Assembly (NCBI GenBank): GCA_038893355.1
Contig: JAWARQ010000008.1
Location: 1-34,145 of the forward strand
Source of the DNA: Sulfolobaceae archaeon
GTDB lineage: Archaea > Thermoproteota > Thermoprotei_A > Sulfolobales > Sulfolobaceae
Length of the DNA stretch: 34,145 nt
Direction of reading: 5' to 3'
Shown: one piece after another, positions 9,978 through 19,347 of the stretch
Layout of the letters: every line of letters begins with the position of its first letter
How positions within the stretch are numbered: the first letter of the stretch is position 1
Notes under the pieces: generated by a model
Seen by the model: only the letters and a program-made list of their open reading frames with translations
Databases searched by the model: none
What the model was told of the DNA's origin: nothing
Program-made: the position numbers and the translations under genes

Positions 9978-10427
9978 TTAAACACTTATCTTACTTTTTA
10001 TACACTCTATAGTCCTAATAATAATATTTTCAGTTATAGATTCGAGTAATGGTTTCATAAACAACGAAAGTAGGCCGCTAATCTTATATTCAGACTGCCA
10101 TATTACACTATCACCATTAGGTGAAACTTTGCTTTTAGTTATGATATCAATACTACTTAAACCCCCTAATGCCCTCGTTTTAATCATGATTGTTAATACT
10201 AAAGTCTCAGGCGAGATCTCGTATTGGAGTAGCTCTCCATTTACTGCTAAAGGAACTCCAAATACTTTTATTTCAGCTAAAAACTTACCATCATTTATAA
10301 TCTTAACTCCAGCAATACAGTTAAGAAAGTTATTTTGATCTCCTATAAACTCAAGGGTCTTTACGAGGTCTGAAATTAAAAACTTTCCACAGAGCTTATT
10401 CATGACCTTCACCTCTAGCTTAAACAT
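9978..10427 (-). CDS. CoxG/SRPBCC (START-like) fold protein
   Basis: FIGDQNNFLNCIAGVK, WQSEYKISGLLS and C-terminal IECIKSKI resemble the CoxG/SRPBCC pattern. The true start may be the internal Met (MNKLCG). Confidence 0.6.
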   Translation of the reverse strand: MFKLEVKVMNKLCGKFLISDLVKTLEFIGDQNNFLNCIAGVKIINDGKFLAEIKVFGVPLAVNGELLQYEISPETLVLTIMIKTRALGGLSSIDIITKSKVSPNGDSVIWQSEYKISGLLSLFMKPLLESITENIIIRTIECIKSKISV

Positions 10428-11080
10428 AAGTCCTTCTTAAGTTCAGAAAGTAAATGACTACACGCTAGATTTAATAAAGGACCACCTATTATTGGTATTA
10501 CAAGTAATATTGAAGAGATTTTTAATAAGCTAGAATTATACCTCTTCCCTAGCCTGAATATAGTTACTATACCTTGAAGGATCCCTAGAATAAATATGAC
10601 TATTCCTAAAATAATTATAATCAAGCTAGCCTGCTGTATTGCTATGGGCGGAGGCGAAATTCCTTTTAATGACACTGTTATTAGAACTAAAAAACCTATT
10701 AATGTAATTATTGGTGATGGTAGTGATAGCTTAATCAGAACGTTACTCCCTGTTCTGAAAACCCTCCGTGAAACTTCACTCGCTGAATATAACATATATA
10801 GAGAAAGAAATCCTATGAGAAATCCTATAATTGCTACTATAAAGAGTAGCAACGATGCTAGGGGTACTGAGAAATCTAATAAAGGAATATATACGATAGG
10901 ATTAGGGAAGGTTACTATTGCAATGTCGCTACCTATAATTCCTAGTAGGATCAAAAACCACGAAAATGTATAAGGTAGTGAAAATCTTTTTATGTTATTT
11001 ATTATTAGTATATCTTCAGCTAAATATTTCTGCTGGCTTATCACCTTTCCTTCAAATTTTTCATCCATGTTTACTCTCAA
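10415..11080 (-). CDS. Integral membrane protein (about 5 TM), function unknown
   Basis: Several 20+ aa hydrophobic stretches. The C-terminal FRLGKRYNSSLLKISSILLVIPII resembles DUF973/DUF996-like archaeal membrane proteins (tentative). Confidence 0.7.
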   Translation of the reverse strand: MRVNMDEKFEGKVISQQKYLAEDILIINNIKRFSLPYTFSWFLILLGIIGSDIAIVTFPNPIVYIPLLDFSVPLASLLLFIVAIIGFLIGFLSLYMLYSASEVSRRVFRTGSNVLIKLSLPSPIITLIGFLVLITVSLKGISPPPIAIQQASLIIIILGIVIFILGILQGIVTIFRLGKRYNSSLLKISSILLVIPIIGGPLLNLACSHLLSELKKDLCLS

Positions 11081-11180
11081 TATTATAAAGTAATTAGGGT
11101 TATTAAGTATTTCCTTTAGAATTGTATAAAAATTTAATAAAAAATAATATATTATATTTTTTAATTTAATAAAAAACTCT

Positions 11181-13607
11181 TTAAGGGAAGTAGGAATAAG
11201 GTATGTACAAAACTAGATAGGAAACAGGTAAAGTTAGCCCTAGTGCGTGAAGTGTACTATTCCTAATAGTTAAGGTAGTATTAGAGATAGTAGTCCTAGA
11301 TAGGTAAACGTCTGAGCCAGAGATCGTCTGTTGAGAGTTAGATATTGTAGAGCCGGAAGAGTATAACTTAGAGTTAGATACCGTAACTTGTGACCTATCT
11401 AAGTTAGAGTTAGTAAGATATATCGTACACGAATCCAGATTCTGATTAGAATTAGATATCGAAGAGCTGACTATGTATAAAGTTGAACCTTGGGCATTAA
11501 TCGTTGAGCCAGAGATTTGAGAGTTGGAAATGTAAACTTTTGAATTAGAAATCTGTTGTGTTGAGCCAGAGATTGTTGTGGTAGACGCGTTTAGTGTCGA
11601 CCCAGAAATGTAAACTTTTGAATTAGAAATCTGGCTGTTTGTTAGGTATACTGTTGAGCTTGATATATACTGTGTAGAACCAGAAATTATTACATTATTT
11701 GCGTATAGTTGTGAATTAGACAAGTAAATTATTGAATTCTGGATATTTGTAGATCCGGTTATTGAGACGTAAGAGTCATCGATGTACTGGGTTACTGAAG
11801 ATATTGAAGAGCTGTCCACATAAAGGTAAGAGTTGGATGAGATCCTTATTGGACTGGATCCTCCAGAAATACTAGTCTGAGAAAGCCTAACCGTAGAGTT
11901 AGATATATTCTGTGCAGAATTAATTATGGTACAACCAGTTGCAGTTAAAGAAGAACTTATTAGCGTCACACTTCCTCCAGAAATCGTAGAACTGGAAAGC
12001 GAAATATTAGAATTCACTATGTACTGATCTGATGAAGTTATACTAGAACCTATTGCCTGAAGAACTGAATTATAAATACTCATCTGTGATGATGAGGCTT
12101 CTACAGTAACCTGTAGGAGCTTAGAATTATAGATGTAGACTTGAGAGTTTGAAATGGATTGTGTAGATGAAGAAATTGTAGAATATGTTGAATTTAGTGT
12201 AGATGAAGAAATTGCTATGTTAGAGTTTGAAATGGTCGAGGACTGTAGGACTATGTTAGAGTTTGAAATGGATTGTGTAGATGATACTATATTCGAGTTT
12301 GATAATAATAAGTAAGAGCCACTAATACTAACACTTGCTGACTGAATCGTTGAGGAGTATAGATACATCTTAGAGTTTGATATTTGTGCAGATCCTCCAC
12401 CAGATATTATTGTATTTTGTAAGTTAATTATTGAATTTGATATTTGTTGGTTAGAATTAACAATCTTAGAGTTAACAAGGTTAAGAGTGGATCCAGAAAT
12501 CGTTAAAGAAGATCCAGATATTAAGGCAATTACATTATCTAGTGTTGAAGAACTTATCAGTGCATTTGAATTTGATATTTGTTGGTTAGAATTAACAATC
12601 TTAGAGTTAGTTAGATTGAGGTTAGAATTAACAATATTTATGTTACTCGACGAGATTGAAACACTGTTTAGCCCGATCTTTGATGAGTAGACAAATTGCT
12701 GTGAATTCGTTATTATCACATTCGTGCCAGTAACTACGGAACTATTTATTGTCATACTTGATGAAGAAATTGTTGAATCTCTAAATTGTTGTTGGGTATT
12801 TATCAAGTAGGCATTTGAGTTTACTAGAGTTAACCTAGTTGCCGAAGCATATGAGTTTATTAGATAGAATGTAGTAGATTCAAATTGTATATTATTTAAA
12901 ATATTATTAGTATTTATATTTTTAAATAAAGAATTAATAAAGATATCATTAGTTAAATTGAAGAATGAGTTTTGATTTGTTGTATTATAAAGGAAAAGAG
13001 CAGTTCCAAATATGCTTATCGAGTCGTTAAAGTTTATTGCATTAATTAAAGTTAAGTTAGAGTTGTAAACGTTTTGCTTTGAATAATTTATCATCGAGTT
13101 AGTTAGGTTTATAAATGTAGAGTAAAGATAAAAGGTCGAATTTACTAATGAGGACTTAAAAATTGAAAGTTTAGAGTTGTAAACGTTTTGCTTTGAATAA
13201 TTTACTGTTGAATTAATTAAATATATTGTAGAGTTAACTATAGCGAATTCTGAATTCATGAATTTTGTAGAGTTAATTATCAACGTAGAGTTAAAGAATC
13301 CCGAACCAATCGCAGAAACTAAGGAGTTCTTAAGTAGCTGAAATGAGTTTTTGAAGGTAAAATTAGAAGCAAATACTGTAGAATTATATATGTAAACCTT
13401 CACGTTATCAAAGGTAGAGTTGTATACATATAGAACGGAATTATATACGTATAGAATAGTGTTGTATAGCTGTGAATTAAACAACCTTTGTACTGAATTA
13501 GATATATAGAGAATTGATTGTTTTTGGCTTGATTGGCTATTTGATAGTATTGCTATAGATGGTATTAAGAGTAATATAACTAGCAGTAGGATTACCTTAA
13601 TATTCAT
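11181..13607 (-). CDS. Secreted Ser/Asn/Ile-rich repetitive beta-solenoid protein (808 aa)
   Basis: N-terminal signal peptide, followed by a long array of about 38-aa repeats (e.g. LYANNVIISGSTQYISSSTVYLTNSQISNSKVYISGST). Many NxS/T sequons. Confidence 0.85.
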   Translation of the reverse strand: MNIKVILLLVILLLIPSIAILSNSQSSQKQSILYISNSVQRLFNSQLYNTILYVYNSVLYVYNSTFDNVKVYIYNSTVFASNFTFKNSFQLLKNSLVSAIGSGFFNSTLIINSTKFMNSEFAIVNSTIYLINSTVNYSKQNVYNSKLSIFKSSLVNSTFYLYSTFINLTNSMINYSKQNVYNSNLTLINAINFNDSISIFGTALFLYNTTNQNSFFNLTNDIFINSLFKNINTNNILNNIQFESTTFYLINSYASATRLTLVNSNAYLINTQQQFRDSTISSSSMTINSSVVTGTNVIITNSQQFVYSSKIGLNSVSISSSNINIVNSNLNLTNSKIVNSNQQISNSNALISSSTLDNVIALISGSSLTISGSTLNLVNSKIVNSNQQISNSIINLQNTIISGGGSAQISNSKMYLYSSTIQSASVSISGSYLLLSNSNIVSSTQSISNSNIVLQSSTISNSNIAISSSTLNSTYSTISSSTQSISNSQVYIYNSKLLQVTVEASSSQMSIYNSVLQAIGSSITSSDQYIVNSNISLSSSTISGGSVTLISSSLTATGCTIINSAQNISNSTVRLSQTSISGGSSPIRISSNSYLYVDSSSISSVTQYIDDSYVSITGSTNIQNSIIYLSNSQLYANNVIISGSTQYISSSTVYLTNSQISNSKVYISGSTLNASTTTISGSTQQISNSKVYISNSQISGSTINAQGSTLYIVSSSISNSNQNLDSCTIYLTNSNLDRSQVTVSNSKLYSSGSTISNSQQTISGSDVYLSRTTISNTTLTIRNSTLHALGLTLPVSYLVLYIPYSYFP
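12431..12609. repeat. Exact 44-bp intragenic direct repeat (12431-12474 / 12566-12609)
   Basis: TTGAATTTGATATTTGTTGGTTAGAATTAACAATCTTAGAGTTA occurs twice, 135 bp apart. Other exact pairs in this gene are 11527-11555/11605-11633, 12144-12170/12258-12284 and 13057-13090/13171-13204. Confidence 0.9.
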
Positions 13608-13891
13608 GTGGAAAGATAAATACTTTAATCCTTTTAAGCTTTTCTTATAACTAGTAAATATCTAGTATATTATCATTTTATTATATTTTTATCACTGACT
13701 TTATATTATTTTTATCACTCTTTTTCTAAAATTATTACTTATTACCATTTTCACTTCTTTACTATTTAAAAATTACTATTATACGGCATTTTTTGAGCCC
13801 TCATTAAAAATATAATGCTAGGTGGTTATAGCCTTCTAACACTCTACAAAAAATATATCTCGAAAAAATAATAAGATATATCTTGAGGTAT

Positions 13892-14902
13892 CTAAACTTG
13901 TAAAAATTTTTCAACATCCGATCTTGTGGTAAATACCCCTAAATCTTCCAACTTCATTTTATCAATTCTTTCTAGGTTAATTCTCATTTTTTCTAAACTT
14001 CTTAACCTATGCCTTACTACCTTACTTGAAAAAATTATTAGCTTCTCAAATCCGTTCTCCTCATAAATCCACTTAAAGAACTCTCCCCACGCATCTTTCT
14101 TATTCCTCCACTTATCTATCTCATAATTTATAAACTCACTAAGCGATCTTATCGCTAGACCACCGACGTAGCTAAAATACTCTAGAAAGAATTCGTAATA
14201 TAAGGAATCTCTCAGTATTTTGCTTAGTAAGTAATTCCCAAATACTATATGCCTAGAATCTTCAATAAAAGACACTACTATAAAATTATTTAAGTCCTTC
14301 AATTCTTTACCCTTTGTAAAGAATGTTTTGAAGAAATAATATCCTACCACAGCGTCGATTCCTTCTAATGCTAAAAAGAAGGTCGTCAAATACTTTATCA
14401 TGTTCTCTTCATTAGGGTTCATTTCGAGATTATATGAAAAATTAGGCAATACTTCATAAGTCAATTGCTTAAAGGAAGCATTATACTTTATCGCTTCTTC
14501 GGCATCAATTTTACCAAATATCTTATCAATATACTCCCTTATTAGAAGAGTTTGTTTAAACTCTTCTTCTATTACTTTAATCGCAAATAGAAATTCTTCC
14601 TTAAATCCCAATCTATCTAGTACTCTAGCTAACGTAATAGATTCTCTACTTAGTGCTTCTTTACCTACAAGGAACATACTGAGAACTCCTAACACTGCAT
14701 CTTTTTCAGCTTGTGATAGAGAAGTTATTGACGATATATCATTATTAACAACGAAACTACTCAAGCTCTCATACCTAAAATCTAATAATCTTTTACATAA
14801 AGACTCTCTATCTATACCGTTTCGCGCAATAGGATAAGAAATTCTATATACTCTATTGCCTGCCACTATCAAAGGCGTAGCGTTCTTTGTTGTCTCTTCC
14901 AT
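13892..14902 (-). CDS. Ferritin-like R2lox paralog with degenerate metal site
   Basis: Aligns end to end with 19477-20523, for example LEGIDAVVGYYF vs IEGIAAETGFYF, SRHIVFG vs SRHVAFG, and WGEFFKWIYEENG vs WGNYFKWVYEENG. The ligand positions read K81, E114, Q117, E180, D215 and H218. Confidence 0.85.
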   Translation of the reverse strand: MEETTKNATPLIVAGNRVYRISYPIARNGIDRESLCKRLLDFRYESLSSFVVNNDISSITSLSQAEKDAVLGVLSMFLVGKEALSRESITLARVLDRLGFKEEFLFAIKVIEEEFKQTLLIREYIDKIFGKIDAEEAIKYNASFKQLTYEVLPNFSYNLEMNPNEENMIKYLTTFFLALEGIDAVVGYYFFKTFFTKGKELKDLNNFIVVSFIEDSRHIVFGNYLLSKILRDSLYYEFFLEYFSYVGGLAIRSLSEFINYEIDKWRNKKDAWGEFFKWIYEENGFEKLIIFSSKVVRHRLRSLEKMRINLERIDKMKLEDLGVFTTRSDVEKFLQV

Positions 14903-15185
14903 GTATACACATTCTAAATAATACTAAATAAATTTTATAGTAGTTATAGGTTTGCTAGTTTTTCTTATATCTGCCTTGAATCTCAAAGATTTCGTTAACC
15001 TCAAAATTCTTGTATAAGCATAGATAATTTAGGTTTAAACCTATGTCTTCACTATTTATATTTAGTCAATATAATCTGTATATTTATATCTAATTATATT
15101 CAATATATTTCACTAGATTCGTATAAAATAAAAGTATTGAAGTATCATTATTAATAAATATAATATTTATATAAAGAAAGATATA

Positions 15186-15782
15186 TTAATTTTTATTATT
15201 AATTAATGTTGAAGAAAAACTTATTGCCCACACTAATTCTGGATAGGCGATTAATCTCTCAATACCGCCTTTTCCTAATCCAAGGTAGTAGGCATCATTG
15301 CTAGTAATAAATCCTAATGTGAAGAAAATTAAAGAAATTATGCTTAATATTCCTAATATGATCCAGAGAATGTTTAAGTTCCCTGGATAGTTCTTAATAC
15401 CAAATAAGCTAGGAAGACCAGTAATTATTGCACCTAGCCCTCCTAATAAAAAGACTATGAAAGCCGAAAGGTCGTGCAGTATTCCAGTATATTCTGGAAA
15501 TAACCCTACACAGCAAAGCCCAGTTCCCATTATTATGCCTAGAGGATAATACCAAATCTCTCTTAAGATATAAAAAGCTGAAATTACGAGCAATCCAAAG
15601 GCAATAATTGATAAGTTAAATATTAATGCTGAGCTAGGATCAACACCTAGATCACTGATATAGTTATCTCTCACACTATAGTTTGGGTAAAGGAATTCTG
15701 CTATATTCATGAATAGAATAAATTGGGTTGAACCAATCAGTATTAGATAACCTGCAGTAGTTGCTCTGTTCGGTTTATACAT
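15186..15782 (-). CDS. DUF998-like membrane protein
   Basis: AEFLYPNYSVRDNYISDLG, VGLFPE..HDLSA and GLGKGGIERLIAYP, with multiple TM helices. Confidence 0.8.
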   Translation of the reverse strand: MYKPNRATTAGYLILIGSTQFILFMNIAEFLYPNYSVRDNYISDLGVDPSSALIFNLSIIAFGLLVISAFYILREIWYYPLGIIMGTGLCCVGLFPEYTGILHDLSAFIVFLLGGLGAIITGLPSLFGIKNYPGNLNILWIILGILSIISLIFFTLGFITSNDAYYLGLGKGGIERLIAYPELVWAISFSSTLINNKN

Positions 15783-15791
15783 GTAATTACT

Positions 15792-17318
15792 CTAACCTCT
15801 TCTCCTTAAAAGCATTATTAAAGATATTATCACCGCTGCTATTACTATTATTATTATGAGTGTACCTCTATTATTATAACCTATCGTTGACTCTAAATTG
15901 CTTGATATATTATAACTATTTATTGTAATTTGGGTAGTAAAATTGACTAATGTATGATTTTGGGTTGTAATTGAAGATTGGGTACTTACATTATTATTCT
16001 TATTACTAGTGATGATAGTTGTTTGTTGAATAGTTGTCTCTTTACTCGTCGTGACGTTAGTAATGTTAGTAGACGGTGCCCTAGTCATGGTAGTCGTTGT
16101 AGGAATCTCGCCCCATTTTACTTGATATATAGATAACTTCAGATAATTCCCCATTCTCTCTGCAGAATAAACATAATCGCCTATTGCAGCTACTGCATTA
16201 CTTACTGTTATGTTATAAAGGATTTTTCCGTTAGACACATCAATTAGGTAAACTGAGTTATTAATAACTAACGAAACGTTTCTCTGACTATACATCATTA
16301 CTATTGTACCATTACTACTATAACTATTACTGAGCGTTATTACATTTTTTATTAATCCGGAATAAGAATTAATATTACATATTGAGATTGATTTACTCGT
16401 TTGGTTGAGGAAGTATAGGCTAGAGTTCAAAATCCCTATAGGAATTACTTGTAATGTAGTATTACTTAAATTTATAATTTTATTTATTGAAAAATTAAAA
16501 ATAAAAAATAAAATTATTTTATTAGAGTTATATAGTATTAATGAATTCCCTATCTGATACGCCCACACATTCTCACTGTCTAACTTATAACTCCAAATTA
16601 GCTTTGTCTGATATAACTCGTAAGGGTTGGTATATAAGTAGGCTAATAAATATGAGCCAGTAGAATTCTTATTTGCTAAGTAGACTATGTTATATTTTCC
16701 GCCCTTAAGTAAGTCCTCTCCATATGCAGATGCGAATAGAGGAACTCCAGTTATAGGTTTATAATTGGTTATTGTATTGTACAGAAAATACCAACCAGGC
16801 TGGTTCGGGTAATAGCTTACTAGAACTATTGTTGAATTATATACAGTATTTGGGATATTTGACTTAAGAGAGTTAGGTGGGGTAAAGTCTGGTATTTGTA
16901 GCCTAGTAGGGTATAAGTAGCTATACTGTTGATAGATACTATTTGCTATAATGTTCTTATAATAGAAAACTATTTGATACCCATTAGTATATGCTGAAGC
17001 CATAATTAGACTATTTGGTATATATCGAGAAGTTATATTAAGGAGTAATGAGGTAGAATTTGGAGTTACTAGAATATAACTTATGTTTAAAGTCCCTTGT
17101 GTTGTCGATACAGAAGGCACTACTATACCGTTTTCCCAGGGTATTATGGAAAGCTGGGGTTCTAGGGAATTATTGTAAGGGAAGTAATACTCTTTTAATA
17201 ACTCTGGATAAAATCCTACTTTAGCGTTTGGGATAAATTGATTGCTATTTTGTATAATTAATGATAATAGTAAAATTGAAATGATGAACATAACTGTAAT
17301 ATATTCTCTTCTTTCCAT
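15792..17318 (-). CDS. Membrane-anchored cell-surface glycoprotein
   Basis: Signal peptide, a beta-rich Asn/Tyr/Ser ectodomain, a Thr/Ser-rich linker, and a C-terminal TM helix ending LLRRRG. Confidence 0.8.
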   Translation of the reverse strand: MERREYITVMFIISILLLSLIIQNSNQFIPNAKVGFYPELLKEYYFPYNNSLEPQLSIIPWENGIVVPSVSTTQGTLNISYILVTPNSTSLLLNITSRYIPNSLIMASAYTNGYQIVFYYKNIIANSIYQQYSYLYPTRLQIPDFTPPNSLKSNIPNTVYNSTIVLVSYYPNQPGWYFLYNTITNYKPITGVPLFASAYGEDLLKGGKYNIVYLANKNSTGSYLLAYLYTNPYELYQTKLIWSYKLDSENVWAYQIGNSLILYNSNKIILFFIFNFSINKIINLSNTTLQVIPIGILNSSLYFLNQTSKSISICNINSYSGLIKNVITLSNSYSSNGTIVMMYSQRNVSLVINNSVYLIDVSNGKILYNITVSNAVAAIGDYVYSAERMGNYLKLSIYQVKWGEIPTTTTMTRAPSTNITNVTTSKETTIQQTTIITSNKNNNVSTQSSITTQNHTLVNFTTQITINSYNISSNLESTIGYNNRGTLIIIIVIAAVIISLIMLLRRRG

Positions 17319-17542
17319 ATGGTCTAATTTCTGCAGTTAGTATATAAGATCTTTCATAAACTTTTGCTTTTATGATACCTTATTCTGCTAGATATTTAGA
17401 TCTATTTAGAAATGAACTAATGTGGTTTTATCTATTGTTTGAAAGAATTTTTCATTTTTTAAATAAAATAAATTTAAATTTTTTATATTTAATATTATAA
17501 AATTTAAAATAGAATCTATAGTTTATATATAATATTAAATTC

Positions 17543-18718
17543 TTAATATATTAATGAAATTATTCCTGATATTAATACTAATGATGTCATTAACCAGTAG
17601 AGTATTTTTCTTGGGCCTTTATATGCAAATTCTCCCATAACCTTTCTATCGCTTACTAGGTAGCCTATTAGTATTGCTGGAATTGAGACTATTATTGGGT
17701 ATATTGATAAAATTTCTAATATTGTATAAACTATATTTTGATAGTTCATTAATGCTATTATTATTATTGCTGGCAGTGATTCTATCGAGTAAATTGCTAG
17801 GAAGCTTTTTATATCATTATTCTTTCTTAAAGCTTCAAGTATACCCCAAGAGCTTCCTAAGGAGATTACTATTAGTGAGAGTAGGCCCGAGAATATGAGC
17901 CCAATACCGAATACTAATGGTGAAAAGTTTCCTACTATGCTTAAGGATTCACTAATGTTATGATAGTTTAATGGATCCTTTATCCCCAAACCCGTTGTCG
18001 ACATTTCTATAAATATCATTATTAACTCCGAGACTATTGATCCTATAATTGTCTCGATGCTCACCCATTTAACCTTGTCCTTTACCTCATAATCTAACCT
18101 AGAGTATTTATACGCTGTAGCCGAAGCTTGGTATATTGGCATGAACGGCATTATTACAGCACCAACGTTTGTTGCTAAGAAGAATAGGAAATTTGGGTCT
18201 GTAGAGAAGTAGAATATGGACTGTGTAGGATCAATACCCCTAATTATTAATTGTATTAAAAATGCTAAGAATAGTATAAATGAGATTAATATTAAAAATT
18301 TTTCGAAGGACTGATATTTACCTTTAATAACTAGCATAATATGAATTAGAAAGAATGATGGTAAGCTAATGTATGGTGGTATTCCAATAAGTAAGCCACC
18401 CAAAACAATTCCGATATACTCAACAATATAGGAAGCCATATCAGCAATAAATATTGGAGCCATAGTTAAGATTGCAACATAGCCAGAAAACCTAGACCTT
18501 ATTAACTCACCTAAACCTAGGCCGGTCACAGCACCAATCCTACCACAAGCCTCTTGGATAATAAATAATGGTACTGTGAGTAGCACCAAAAACCAAACCA
18601 GACCATAGCCATAAATCTGCCCATTAGATACTGCAGCGATAACACTAGCAGTGTCGATATTAGCAATCATTACAATCCATGCAGGTCCAAAGAGCCTCGA
18701 AATATCCTTTATACTCAT
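17543..18718 (-). CDS. NRAMP-family divalent metal transporter (divergent motif)
   Basis: FGPAWIVMIANIDTAS (TM1), YGYGLVW..IQEACGRIGAVTGLGLGELIR and VGAVIMPF (TM6), with about 11 TM helices. Confidence 0.85.
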   Translation of the reverse strand: MSIKDISRLFGPAWIVMIANIDTASVIAAVSNGQIYGYGLVWFLVLLTVPLFIIQEACGRIGAVTGLGLGELIRSRFSGYVAILTMAPIFIADMASYIVEYIGIVLGGLLIGIPPYISLPSFFLIHIMLVIKGKYQSFEKFLILISFILFLAFLIQLIIRGIDPTQSIFYFSTDPNFLFFLATNVGAVIMPFMPIYQASATAYKYSRLDYEVKDKVKWVSIETIIGSIVSELIMIFIEMSTTGLGIKDPLNYHNISESLSIVGNFSPLVFGIGLIFSGLLSLIVISLGSSWGILEALRKNNDIKSFLAIYSIESLPAIIIIALMNYQNIVYTILEILSIYPIIVSIPAILIGYLVSDRKVMGEFAYKGPRKILYWLMTSLVLISGIISLIY

Positions 18719-18831
18719 ACTATTAATTAATGAGGGGGGATATATTGGCTTATCTTATGAAAACTTAGAGTAACTTTTAAATCAAATTAAATTCTAAATA
18801 CTACTCATTTTTCTCTTAAGATAATATTAGC

Positions 18832-18845
18832 GAAATCTTTAAATA
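18832..18845 (+). promoter_or_regulatory. BRE-TATA promoter for the leaderless SCP2 gene
   Basis: GAAATC-TTTAAATA ends about 22 nt before ATG 18868, typical of Sulfolobales leaderless transcripts. Confidence 0.55.
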
Positions 18846-18867
18846 AAAAATTGTTAAAAAGGCTTAT

Positions 18868-19347
18868 ATGTCTCAAGAAGTTTTGTTTCCGAGTAGGGAG
18901 TGGGCTGAAGAATGGTGTAGATTGTTAAACGAAAGTAAAGAATATTTTGAAGCTGCGAAAACAGCACCATGGGATTCTGTAGTCTTAATATCAACTAACG
19001 TACCAGAGAATGTTAGAAAGGCTTTAATAGAATGGGAAAAGCAAAGGGGAAGAGAAGTCGCAGACCCTAATTCCACTGTAGGCGCAATAAAATTAAATAT
19101 AAAGGGTGGAAAGTGTCTAGGCGCAGAGTTCCATACAACTGGTAACGTTAGTGGTGCAATAGTTTTAGAGGCTCCGTATGAAACATGGGTTAAAATACTT
19201 CAAGGGAAATTAGATATTACCGTAGCATTACTTGGCGGTTCAATAAAAGTTAAGAAGGGAAGTTTAACAGAGCTAGCTAGGTATACAAATGCTGCAGTAA
19301 TAATGGCAAATTTAAGTCGTAAAGTTAAATCTAAGATACCTACCTAA
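18868..19347 (+). CDS. SCP2 sterol/lipid-carrier domain protein
   Basis: FPSREWAEEWCRLLNESKEY..W, LEAPYETWVKILQGKLD..ALLGGSIKVKKGSL, the SCP2-family pattern. Confidence 0.85.
   Translation: MSQEVLFPSREWAEEWCRLLNESKEYFEAAKTAPWDSVVLISTNVPENVRKALIEWEKQRGREVADPNSTVGAIKLNIKGGKCLGAEFHTTGNVSGAIVLEAPYETWVKILQGKLDITVALLGGSIKVKKGSLTELARYTNAAVIMANLSRKVKSKIPT

Noticed and set aside
13684-13719. TATTTTTATCACT direct repeat (13684-13696, 13707-13719) upstream of the solenoid gene
   Set aside because: Low-complexity AT-rich DNA with only two copies. It could be an operator but is unsupported.
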